NCBI RefSeq assembly: GCF_037042905.1
Contig: NC_087249.1
Coordinates: forward strand, 22,816,001-22,880,000
Reading direction: 5' to 3'
From: Lytechinus pictus
Lineage: Eukaryota
Length of the DNA stretch: 64,000 nt
In this document: one piece after another, positions 1-11,468 of the stretch
How the letters are laid out: every line of letters begins with the position of its first letter
Position numbering within the stretch: the stretch's first letter is position 1
The notes under the pieces: model-generated
What the model was told of the DNA's origin: nothing
The model's input: only the letters and a program-made list of their open reading frames with translations
The model's database searches: none
Translations under genes and position numbers: made by a program

Positions 1-2070
1 GGTCAGTTCTTAAACGGCCACGTCACCTCTAGCATCAAATGTATTTGGTTGGACATGGTTAGCGTTAAACAAGAAAAAACAGTGAAACGAAATTCATTGA
101 AATGGGTCATGTTATAAGGTCATTACTTCATTTTTAAGTTTTGCTTTTGTTTGATAAAACGAAGATGGCAATGCTGTTACTTTCATCATATTTCCAAGAA
201 AAGTTTTACTTTGTTGTTACCCCGTCCATTAAACTAAACCTGTTTTGAAAGTGGTCCTTTAAAAACAACTCTTTTCCCATACATCTTAATGTGATCAATG
301 TGTGCGCTTCTTTGAAGGATACAGTGGAAGAGGAATGGCGCAAAATTCTATAACAGCGCGGTAATACAAATATTATCGATAAACAAAACCAACAAATGTT
401 ATCAAAACCTCTCCCATGTGTGCCGGTGATCGATTTACATTCATCCTGTCAAACTTCAAATTAAAACCATCGGAATGGGAAGGACTTCGACAGGGAACGA
501 TTAGGTATTCTCACCAGTCTCCCAAGGCCCATATATTACATCAAAATTCAAATTGATGTTTCTTCTGCGCTTGAGGACATAGAAAAGAGCGATTCCGTGA
601 TGCATCTTTTATGCAACATGTAGAAAGTAAAGGATAATCATGAAGAATGAATTCCCAAATTTTCATTCAATAACGGAAGGCGACAATCCCCCTTTAGCAT
701 TAGATTACTTACATGTAATACATGCATACATTGGAAAAAGCACTTGAATTTTCATGTCATAACTATAAACTTTTTGAGCTCTAATGTGAATAGTATTTAT
801 TCTTCCAATTCGCAATATGGGTATTTTCCCACACTGTCGCATTTTTTAAAAGAGATAATGAATCTGCATGGCTTAAATGGAGATTGTTAAAAGAACTTTT
901 TTTTCTGTTGGAAGAAAACGGTTATTTGAGAGTTTTAGTAAGCCTTTACTTTTTCTGTTATCGGCCAAGTACGGAAGCTTAGAATAGTGTTTTTTTTTTA
1001 TATTTTGACTTGTAATTCATACATGGAAGAATATGAAGATTTTGAAATCAATGCTGCTATTTTCGGGACATATAGTACTGAATATGAAATGGACACGGTG
1101 ATTCATTCGACATGAATTTTTCATGATTTTATCTTTTTTGTTATTTAGGCTATTATTCATACAGGGTCGTGTCGCTCATATTTTATAAAATCACCAGGTG
1201 GCCTCAACTATTTTTGATACAGAATCAAAGATACTGATGTCATGGACATAGTACGAGTCCATTTTTTAATCTTTCATCTCATGTATTTTAGGACCTCTGT
1301 AACATTCTACGACTCTGTGTCAATAATTGAACTATACACTACTGATGAAGTCGTTTTATCCCATTTACCGTAGGTATACGCTTTAATACAAAAGCTATTT
1401 CAACAAAATAACATATTTTTTATTTTAGTGATGGTTCAATATATAATTATCTTTTATTCGATGAGGAATTCTTTATATTATTGTAATGAAATACCCAAAA
1501 CTATTCAAAGTAAAATTGACCATAATTCTGTTTAAAACTCTGAGAAGGTAAAACCATGGTAACTGTTCAAAATCATAGCACAACATTTATATTTGATTTC
1601 ATTTGAACTTGCACCCATCTTTACATGCTTTTTAAAAATTCCGAATGATATGAAACAATTTGAAATTTGACATTAAACCCCAAATTTTATACCCAGTTGA
1701 AACAAGCAAATGGCTTGTTGGAATCAATTTTGATCCGTGTAAAATCTTTTGAAGGACCTAAAAATCATTGAAATAAAAACAAAGATTCGTGCTAAACTGA
1801 ATATACTGATAAAAGGTTCATTTAAAAAAACGAAGTCGACTATTCGAAAATGACAAACTTCATGTCCATCACCTTACATAAAACAGGCCATATACTTTTT
1901 ACAAATTTACGTAATATCGTTGTCTGGTTATAGAAGGAAAAGCATATGCAAGTGATGAGCGAACAGTCACAGACTACTCAATGATGTTGCATAGATTTTT
2001 ATGTCAATCTATCCTGCCGATTGGAAGTATTTGAGGAAAAAACGATATTTCATGCTTCTGACACACAGAC

Positions 2071-2188
2071 TAATGCCAAGTCACACCAACGAAATCGACT
2101 TCATATCGATCCAGACTATGACGTTATTACCAATGACATACCATTGGTTAGTTTGGAGTCGGTTTGGATGATGTAACTACGACACTGA
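2071..2188. mobile_element. ~115-bp palindromic MITE (family A, AGTCACACCAACGAAA...TTTGGAGTCGGTTT), degenerate copy
   Basis: Inverted arms; homologous to copies at 9750-9867, 26838-26959, 27030-27152. Confidence 0.65.
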
Positions 2189-2504
2189 TAGCGAGTTTTC
2201 TCAATTGCAACGGAGACGGATTCTACAACGTAGTAAATCTATTGAAAAATGCCCGTCAACTCACAATGAACAGCAGAGAGGTCTTTGTAAAAAATTGGTC
2301 AACTGGCACAGCTGATCGTCGTAAAATTCTGAGTTGACGAAAAATTACAAATAGTGTCGTTTGTCTAGAGTCACGGACGAAACTGCTGTTTTGATTCACC
2401 AGTTTTCGACAAAGGCTGCTTTGTAATGAAATGCTTTTGACAATAAATTCTCTACGTTCCAAAAGGCATATGCGTAGTATTGCGAAAACTCCCTATTGTC
2501 ACTC

Positions 2505-2782
2505 CAGAAGCGGATCTAGAGGGGGGGTTGGGGGGGTTGCAACCCCCCCAAAAAAAAAATCCGGGGACCATTTTTTTAAATCTTATCTTTTTTTTAAAAC
2601 TTGTAATTTTAGAAAACGCCATTTTCACACACAGATTTTCAAAAATTTTCCCTACTGTGGGAGGGGGGACACCCCCCTCCCACACCCTCCCCCTCGCTCG
2701 CTCCGCTCGCTTGGACTCGGTCGCTACGCTCCCTCGCATACCACCCCAACCCCCCCTTTATAAAAAGCTGGATCCGCCCCTG
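2505..2782. mobile_element. Poly-G/poly-C non-autonomous DNA transposon (CAG...CTG ends, hAT-like)
   Basis: TIR CAGAAGCGGATCTAG / CTGGATCCGCCCCTG; flanked on both sides by CACTC (2500-2504, 2783-2787); internal CTCGCTCGCTCCGCTCGC motif. Confidence 0.8.
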
Positions 2783-3247
2783 CACTCTACACAGCATATA
2801 ATTAATGATAGATACATGACTGTATTTCTCTTTACATAGCATCACAGTGGAGTCGGTTTTAGTGTGTCTGCGACATTACCGTTTGGGTATAGCTTCTAGA
2901 TGCCATGCAGTGAACTTTCAATATCATTTTATTTCTGTACATCAAAATAAACGTGCTAATTTCGTAGCATGATAAAGAAAAAGAAAATTAATTTCATTCG
3001 TGTTTTATTATCATCACAACCTTTGAAGAGTTGGTTTAGCTTTATTGATTAGAGTAAATCGCGGATGAGATCCTTTATAAAACAAATTTTCATATTTTTG
3101 TAGTAATAACCTGGAATAGTGAGCAACACTTTCGAAGGAACTTACCAAAACTTGAGAAAATCTTTGAAGTTAAACAAATGAAATCACCGTAGAGTAGGGG
3201 TAAAAACCGATTAAAAAACAGAACGCTTTGATCATAAAAACATAATA

Positions 3248-3253
3248 TTTATT
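3248..3253 (-). terminator. Candidate polyadenylation signal of the LRR gene
   Basis: AATAAA on minus strand followed by a T/GT-rich tract (TTATGTTTTTATG...GTTCTGTTTTTT). Another AATAAA lies at 3676-3681. Confidence 0.35.
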
Positions 3254-4331
3254 CAATAAATTAGCTTTTTAGTAGGTAAAGAATAGAATTAAACTCTATT
3301 ATTTAAGATTTTTCTTCACAAAGAGTCTGAAGAGGCACATCTTTAAAATCGAAGGTTCTACTATGATTTACATGACATAGCTTTCAATTCATTTCAGAGA
3401 ACAAAAAAATAGAATTTAAAGACAGTTTACGATGCAAAAGGGGCCTGACAATTACATTTAAAAATGACAAATGTAAAATAAAAAGAAATCCCAATGAAAA
3501 CATGATAGAAATATATGTTAAACCAAATTAACTTTCAGAATGCATGATGAGCACAGTATCAAAGGTAAAAGTGCCACCGACTTTTCAAAAGCCACTAGGT
3601 TACCGGGAGATTCGTATACATTTGGATTCCGACTCTGGTAAATGAATAAGCACTGTTAATGTTAATTATATAATGTTTATTTTCTGTATTCGTCTCCTGA
3701 TACTTTTCACATATTTGTGGTCTGGTGAGCTCCGATCAAAACTTGCCATGAAATAAATTCATTTTTTAATGAAATTTAAAATTTTCAAAGCAAAATGTGT
3801 CTTCACGTGTCGTACAAAATATGAGGTCAAAACTTGTCATGGTTGCATTCGCACATTTCACAATAAATGCTAAAATGCTACAATAATTTACTGCTAATTT
3901 AGCATTATAAATGGCCATGTTGACTCCTGTGCCTTTTGAAAAGGGCCATGTCTCCCGCTATGTATGTTCACCATGCAAGATTGACTTATAAAGTTAATGT
4001 GAATTTGAACATTCCTATCAAACTTAGTACCATAAAAACATGTTTCACTGACAAATTATTGTGTCTGTAAAAAAGGGAAATATTTTTTATATAGAGAATA
4101 TGGTGAAACGGCAATTTTTTATACACATCACTTTGTATAAATTCAAAGATACCTTACTGTTGTTAATATAAGGAACAAGTAACATACAACGAAACCCTGT
4201 AAATGTAAGCTGTATAAAATGTGCATAATGTTTTCACAATGATATACTGATTTATATAATTGCACTTGAATTTCATCAAAATATATTTTGTCACTTCCGC
4301 TTTCGGCTTCATTTTTTTCCCGAGAACAATG

Positions 4332-6353
4332 TCAAACCGTGGTCTCGGATAGGAGATCACAGCTCTGCATGGAGTCATCGTGTTGTAACAAACAAACACA
4401 TGCTGGACTGAAAGTCTTTTCCCCAGGATTTGCCACAGAATGATACGAGTCGCGATCAAATTGACTAATGTATTCGTGCTGACTAGGAGAATACATCTTG
4501 ACTCTACCATTTGATCTATTGCTGTCCACACGACCCCCATCCGATTGGACCCTCTTTTTCAGTCTGTCTTTGAATAATTTCTTCCTCCGTTTCGTCTTCC
4601 ACGCTCGCATATGTCTCCTTGCTTTCTTAATTTTCCATCTCCAGTACACACCAACAATAGTTAATAGGAGAATCAGCCACCCGAGGATCAGGCCGATCAC
4701 TCCTCGACGGCTGGCAAACGAAGAGCACATGAAGTTGTTCCTGTTTTCCGCCAACATGGCAACTGACTTGCCTCGGAAACCTTTAGGTTGATCGCAAACC
4801 ATGCTTTCAAACGTGGTCGGAAGCCAGGTTTCCAGGTTTGGAGGGACCTCTTCTCCATTCCATAATGCAGCGTATATATCATCCATCCAAAGCAAATGGC
4901 AATCACATTTAAAGGGGTTTTCAGCAACATCGAAAGTCTCCACAGGCGGTAGGGAATTAAAGACATCTTCTTCCAACGTTACTAGTCGATTCCATGCAAG
5001 CGAAATAAAAGTCAGATGTTGATATTGCACAAAACGCGTGTCTTTTGGTATGGCTGATATCTGGTTGTTGGTCAAATCTAGGGTTTCTAGATTCGTCATA
5101 TTCATTAACTTAGGAAACTCTGTCAGAGCGTTGTTTTGCATTTCAAGGATCTCCATATTAACACAAAATTTGAATGTTATGTCTGGAAGTGAGCTGATTG
5201 AATTGTCGGAAAGGTACAACTCGCGTAAACTACTGGAAGTATGCACAACCCAATCAATATCACTAAGTTCATTACCTGAAAAGTTGATGGTCTCCAGAGC
5301 TTCGTTTGTCGAGAATATTCCTGCTGGGACGTTGGATATAGGGTTGTTGCTAAAGTCTACGGTGTGTACATCAGGTGATCCCTTTAAGAGCTGCACTGGT
5401 AGACTGCTAATTTGATTGTCACTAGAGAGTAAGATCTCGAGAGAATGTAGGTTTTGAAAGACATCGTGATTTAGTTGCGAGATCTCGTTGAATTGGATCT
5501 CGAGCTTCTTCAACTCGGTAAGCAAATCAAAGGCACCCTTATTGAACCCCTGTATCATGTTGTGACTGATGCTTAATCTGTTCAAGTTCAGTGCGGGTAG
5601 CTGAAACCAATCACTGACGTGCAGTTCAGGATCATAGAAACCCACTTGATTCCAAGACAGGTCCATCTCTATAAGAAACTCATTAACAGTGAACACCCTG
5701 CTACTGACATTGCTTATCGAGTTGTTTTGTAGGTTTATGTAGAGTAAAGATTGAAGATTCATAAAGGTATCAGACTCAAGGATGTCTAGATTGTTGTGTG
5801 CCATGGAGAGAGTTTCCAGTTTAGATTCAGGATGAAATTCATCTCGGTAAATCCTTTGTATAGCATTCTCATTTAGTTTAAGGGTATTCAGTGATCTTAA
5901 AAGTCTTATATCACTAGGAATACTTCGTAGGTTGTTTCTGCTGAGGTCAATGAATGATATCTTCTCCAAACCTCGAAAAGCTCCAGTCCGCACAATAGTT
6001 ATCTCATTATTTGCGAAAGATAGTTTTCGAAGTTTCCGCAAGTGGGTGAGATTTATATTTTCTTTTGATATCGCTTTAAACGCATTGTCGCCACACAACA
6101 GCACACGAGTAGAAACGGATAGATTTTGATTTAAATAAGCAATTCCCCTTCCGGTGCAATCTACTTTGTCGTTTATGTGATCACAGTCACATCCGTCAGG
6201 ACAGCGAAATGGGGCGGTTATTCCCGGAACGGTACGGGAGAAAAATAACAGAATGGCTAGAAATGAGATGAATGCAGGGTAGAAGGTATTGTTGAGTGAG
6301 CCATTGATGAAACTCTTTTGACGCAAATTGATTTGGAGTAAGGAATAAGCCAT
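4332..6353 (-). CDS. Single-exon leucine-rich-repeat type I transmembrane protein, 673 aa (LRRNT + ~16-17 LRR + LRRCT + TM + cytoplasmic tail ending ETTV; no TIR)
   Basis: Long uninterrupted ORF. The track starts at GTG 6362; the first ATG is at 6353 (context GCCATGG) and there is an in-frame TAA at 6407-6405 upstream. Hydrophobic signal segment FYPAFISFLAILLFF; LRRNT CPDGCDCDHINDKVDC; repeated LxxLxLxxNxIxxL units; LRRCT NPFKCDC...C..P...C; TM GVIGLILGWLILLLTIVGVYW (4641-4703); basic stop-transfer region; stop TGA at 4334-4332. Confidence 0.95.
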   Translation of the reverse strand: MAYSLLQINLRQKSFINGSLNNTFYPAFISFLAILLFFSRTVPGITAPFRCPDGCDCDHINDKVDCTGRGIAYLNQNLSVSTRVLLCGDNAFKAISKENINLTHLRKLRKLSFANNEITIVRTGAFRGLEKISFIDLSRNNLRSIPSDIRLLRSLNTLKLNENAIQRIYRDEFHPESKLETLSMAHNNLDILESDTFMNLQSLLYINLQNNSISNVSSRVFTVNEFLIEMDLSWNQVGFYDPELHVSDWFQLPALNLNRLSISHNMIQGFNKGAFDLLTELKKLEIQFNEISQLNHDVFQNLHSLEILLSSDNQISSLPVQLLKGSPDVHTVDFSNNPISNVPAGIFSTNEALETINFSGNELSDIDWVVHTSSSLRELYLSDNSISSLPDITFKFCVNMEILEMQNNALTEFPKLMNMTNLETLDLTNNQISAIPKDTRFVQYQHLTFISLAWNRLVTLEEDVFNSLPPVETFDVAENPFKCDCHLLWMDDIYAALWNGEEVPPNLETWLPTTFESMVCDQPKGFRGKSVAMLAENRNNFMCSSFASRRGVIGLILGWLILLLTIVGVYWRWKIKKARRHMRAWKTKRRKKLFKDRLKKRVQSDGGRVDSNRSNGRVKMYSPSQHEYISQFDRDSYHSVANPGEKTFSPACVCLLQHDDSMQSCDLLSETTV

Positions 6354-7155
6354 GGCATCCACGTGAGCCTTAACATGCTTTTTCGCTGCTTCTTCATGGC
6401 ATGGTTACAAGACAAATGCCGCTGCACAAAGTAATGTGCGTAATCATCCCATGTTTTCCTGTTCCAATGGAGCTATCATTAATATTACATGTGATATGCG
6501 CATTTCGGTTATACATAGCTGTATGATAAGGTTAAAAACAGATCCAAAGAATAGAGTTCAATTAAACCACAACATGATGACGATTTGCTGTAAGCGACAT
6601 TCTTTGGAGAAGCCAGCAAGCAAAGTGATCAACTCATGGCTTGTATTCATCCCATTATATTAATATCCAGAAATGAATAAGACCGAAGTTGTCAATTTGA
6701 CCTTCAATGACCCCCATAGAATGCTCCTGTCTTCGTCATCACCTTTCAAAAGTGGTTAATACGTCTGTCACGTGGACAAGTCGTTGTTTGGGATAAGCGA
6801 CTCGTATGGGACATCATTATCCAGCGCCACTGGGCTCCTCTCGCATGTTCCAATGCCGTCGGTGGCTCGCGATGCTATAGTTGATGCTTATGCAGAATAA
6901 AGCACCGAAACAGCAATGTCATCCTTTCGAACCCGCCACATGGCGAAGCTATTTTGTGAGTTGGAGAGTTACTTCCACAGCTGCTGCGCGGGTTCAACTG
7001 GTCGCACACCTGTATGGATGGATGGCTCAAGTCTGTTGGATCCCTCACGTTCAGGGGTTTTGGCGCGGGCAGAGACAGCGGGTATCACGTCACATCAGAT
7101 AAACAGAATCTCGTTAAATATACATCATTCACAGGGCTTCTCTCCTTCCGCCTAC
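6354..7155 (-). other. Probable 5' UTR part of the LRR coding exon, bounded by a splice acceptor at 7155
   Basis: Minus strand reads ...CTCATGTCTTGTTTATTTACAG|GTAGGCGG (AG at 7157-7156); composition shifts from AT-rich intron-like to GC/CpG-richer at this point. Weaker alternative acceptors at 6518 and 6421. Confidence 0.6.
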
Positions 7156-9220
7156 CTGTAAATAAACAAGACATGAGTAAAACATAAATAGAATAAGCAG
7201 TAATATTAGGCTTCAAACCTCGAAGACAGCCCGGCTTTCTTGCAGAAAAAAAATAAAAGTCCATTAAATTCCAATAAGCCAAAGTAAACGTGATTGTATG
7301 TTCCTTATCCTCTGTTTATTTTACTTAAGACTAAAGGAAATACAAATATCTGTTGTAAAAAAATATAAATTGAAAAAAAATCTCGTGTACGCTCTAATCA
7401 TTCATCCATGATGTGATTCTAACGATCTCTGTAGATCTCTCCACATTTTTCTGAAACATTTCAACTAAAGCACCTTTATTTTCACTTAAAGAGTTAACCT
7501 TTAGATGTACAGGGCTGCAGCTTATGAGCGTTCCTTGTATGTCTGACACAGTGCATGCAGGTTCTTATGAATTACGTCACTGACCAATATCGGCTTTGAA
7601 CAGCACCAGGATAGTCGACATCCTAAAACCAAGAGTAGGCTAAAAACGTTGCATCACTAAGAATTAGGGGCGATTCCAGAACTTTGTAAATGAGGGGGTA
7701 AAAAGTCATCAATTTAAAAAAGGAGGCACAGCTTCTCATGAAAGGGAACGCAGAATTTACATTTGGGGACAAAAGGGTGCGCGAGACGCCTGGATAGAAT
7801 GGAGAAGAATCGGGTGCTTTTGAATCGTTTTATATATCTGTGAAAGAATGGTCAGAAGGTACGTTTACACTGAATAATGATTATTATCCAACAAAACAAA
7901 GAATAGCCGGTATTTTTCTTTAAACATTACTCTAAACGGGGCTCTTATTTTTTATATCATAAATCTGGACTTCGATAGTATCTGGTCAACTGAAACTTTG
8001 ATACAATATTTGAAAAATTGCCTGACCGTCTATATGGGTTTCACTTTTTTCGATGTCACATAATCCATTTTATATGACACCTAGATTTGTATAATAACTC
8101 CTTCCATCTTAACACAACATTATCATTATGACAATCGTTAAATAGGGAACTTTATATTTCAAGAACGTAGAAGTCTGTAGTAGGTAATCACATGTCACGA
8201 TCCATTAGAGTTATTATCAAGAAATAAATTTTGATCTCAAGAAGTTTCTTTATTCTCCATGATGTTAAAATGCAGGCACTGATCTTAGTGTAGATTTGTT
8301 TCTGAATGATACGGCTCGAGATATGCCTAGCGCTGATGCAGTTCGATCACTCATTAGCGTAGGCATCCAACTGAGTCAATGCAAATATTATAGAGGTCTC
8401 TTGGTCCCCTGCGGATTTCCAGCTCATCCCTTCGAGGAAATATAAAATCATATTGTAAATAATAGAAATGTCTTCTAGGAAAATATTTTGAGGTCATGTG
8501 AAAGCTGTGAAAATGTCGCCCAGGAGATAATTATCTATTGATTTCAATATCCAGAAGTCAGTTTGGACATTTCAAATTCTATTGAAAATGCAGAAGAGAC
8601 CGGACTCACAACTGCGACAGGTTTAAGAGAGAATTCATCTTATTATAAGGGTTCTAAAAATATTTTTCACCCCAAAGTTCCTTCATTATTTCATGTATTC
8701 ATGGAAGCGTTGGATAGAACAAGCGTTAATACAAAATGATGGATTGTGATTTATAGGTAATTTTCATCTCCGTATATGCCCTACTTTTTTCAATTTGCAA
8801 TTATTGGGTATGAGAAGAAAAACATTTATAAAAATTGTTAGTATTCTTCGATTTATCAACTGAGATTGCATTTACGTCATTACTTTATTGTCGTGTCAAA
8901 ACAATTTTTCGTTTTGGAATATCGACTCGACGCATTTTGTGACAATATCCTTAATGAACGATATTTATAATCACGTAATGATTATTGATAATCGTCCTTG
9001 TTATATTGATGAGTTCCGCTGTTCTGAAGTGTTAACTTAACACGGGAATTGAGCTAAAAATAGAGCTACTCCTTTTTGCGTTACAAAGGACGATTAGCTG
9101 TGATTGATGTGAAACTTATACAGAGGATAAACACGTCGTACGAACAGATTTCACGATACACTTGAATGAAATATCTGCAGGCTGACCTTGAGGGGAAAAT
9201 GCATGAATGAAAACAATATA

Positions 9221-9337
9221 TATGTATGTTTGAGGGTGTAGGGGTGTGTGTATGTATGTGCGTATGTATGGAGGGTGGGTGTGTGTGTGAGGGTGTGCGC
9301 GCGCGTGCTTGTGGGTGTGTGTGAGGGTGGGTGTGTT
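9221..9337. repeat. (GT)n/(GTAT)n-rich microsatellite
   Basis: Visible dinucleotide/tetranucleotide runs. Confidence 0.85.
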
Positions 9338-9749
9338 TACATATCAGAGATGATGTTTTTTTTTTTTTTTATGTGATTTATTGTTTCAAATCGAATCAAA
9401 TCACAAAATTTACACGTTTTTATTGGCAGTTATTTGAGGAAAATAAAATATGAAAGTGAGAAGAACCAATTCAAGTACCAATATACAGTATGCAAATTCA
9501 ATCATTAATAAAACATAGTAAAGTGTATACTGAGATAAATGTTCTATTGATATTTTGAAGTGAAATTCAAAATATAAAAGGTTTTGATTGTGCATAAAAA
9601 TCGATCCAAGTATTTATCCAACCAATGGTTACAATTAGCCCATATATCAAGTGCAATGAGTTGTGTTGCGAGACTAAGAACGCCTCTTTGGAAACTATAT
9701 GTTTTATTCGTACACTTAATTCGTATTCGTATTCGTAAAGTCCTAAGCT

Positions 9750-9867
9750 TGCTGCAACAGTCACACCAACGAAACCGATTCCAGACCGATCAAAGCTATC
9801 ACGTTATTTCGACTGACATATCATTGGTCGGTTTGGAGTTCGTTCATTCAGTGTGACTTAGCATCAG
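9750..9867. mobile_element. Family A palindromic MITE
   Basis: CAGTCACACCAACGAAACCGATTCC...GGTTTGGAGTTCGTTCATTCAGTGTGACT inverted arms. Confidence 0.7.
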
Positions 9868-10816
9868 CAGATGAACCGGGAGAGGATCATTCTCAAAATC
9901 GATATCTTGATATCGGCAGAATGGCACAGATTTCAAGTTACAATGTAAGCTAAAGAGGCGACCTACTTTCGCGCGTAAAGAAAGCGCAAGGCGGAAACAA
10001 ACTCCTTCGCTGATTTGATAGTTCTCAAGATACACTGATCATAATCATTTGAAAAAGAATAACCAAATGTTATAGATTCAAAACCTGGATATGGAATTTG
10101 ATGATCAGAGAGCATATATAAACTTACGACAGGTAAAAAAGAGCAGGTATTCGTAACAGAATTTTGAAACATCGAAATAGCCCCCATTCTCTCTCCCTCC
10201 CCCACACTCTCTTTCTCTTCCTCTTTCTTTATTTTACCTAAGTAACTTTAAAATCATCTGTGTTTCCGATGTACTGCTGAAGAAGTTGCCTTTAAATCAT
10301 ACATGTCACGGTGGATCAAATAGAATACAGACTCGTTCCCAGTGGCATTGCGTTCCCAACTGGGCTCTGATAGCGTCTTATTATTCAATGCAAGTGCCAA
10401 TTGCAACACCCCGGAAACTTGGCTTTCTATTTTCGTTCTCTGGGAGCCTGTTTCTATACACCGATCTGACGCTGCATCACAATTTTCCATCAGAATTTTC
10501 CATCAGAATTGTAAAATAAAACTAAATGTGGTAATCAGATGTAATTGAATGTCTACCGAGGGAAAACAGAAGCATTCTACATAAGGTTCATAAATTGATT
10601 AAAACTACAATGATATGAAAGATATCAAGCAATGAGACTCTAGCATCAGCTATTTCATCAGTTATTCCTCTCTCTAAAAAATCGAGGAATTCATCTGTCA
10701 GCCTGATGAATTTAGGAAACTATCAATTCGTAAAATAACGAACCATCAAACACCTAATAACTGTCCTTTTGTTTCTTCTAAATTATGGTTGTCCCACTTT
10801 ATATGTTTGTCATTTT

Positions 10817-10855
10817 GCCTCCGACGAAGATTCTGCTAGGATCGAAAGCTTAGGC
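10817..10855 (+). ncRNA. Minimal type I hammerhead-ribozyme-like motif, probably in a Penelope-like element terminal fragment (~10765-10870)
   Basis: Stem I GCCT/AGGC; core CCGACGA (U4C relative to CUGANGA) plus an extra A; stem II GATTC/GGATC around TGCTA; GAAA; palindromic helix III AGCT; then T at the cleavage position. Confidence 0.5.
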
Positions 10856-11468
10856 CCCTTTTTGACTTTCTTCTTTAAAAAGTTTTCTCAGGAAATGATT
10901 GCAGTCAAGTTCATAAGGCTTTTTGTTATAATTTCAGATCGATCTTCAATGAACAAGGGACATAAGTTGATTGGTATATTGTTAGGAACAGCAGTGTTGC
11001 TCGTATGTGTTTTGTGTAACGTACATTTGGAAATGGGGATGATTTTTATAGATTTGATAACGATAAGATCATTTTGGTGACAATGGCAAATTTGATGGCA
11101 TAGCGATTTTCATACGATTCGAAGCGTTAGTGAAGTTTTATTGTGAAATCGCGTGAGAAGACAATTGTGCCAAATATTTTTTTAGCCAACTTGTTCATTT
11201 TGGAGTGATGATTAAATTTAAAAAAAAACGTATGATGTTTTCCTACCATGTATTCATCCTCACTTTTTAATTTCAAAATGGCCGTCATAAGTTGTTACAT
11301 TTTTACCAATATGCCACATCTCACGTTTTAAGCTTTGTATATTAGATAAAATGGCCACGATGGCAAATCATTTTCATTGGCTGTTTTCTTAAAATTTGAA
11401 ACTCCTTTGAAATGCAACCTTTTTGGGGGGGGGGGCAATACCCCTGAATAGACAAAGGTAGCTTTTAA

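Noticed and set aside
2431-2845. Four overlapping ORFs on both strands
   Set aside because: All derive from the GC-rich MITE at 2505-2782.
4332-4640. Toll-like receptor call for the LRR gene
   Set aside because: Tail is ~100 aa with no TIR box motifs and ends in a PDZ-binding motif at a clean stop.
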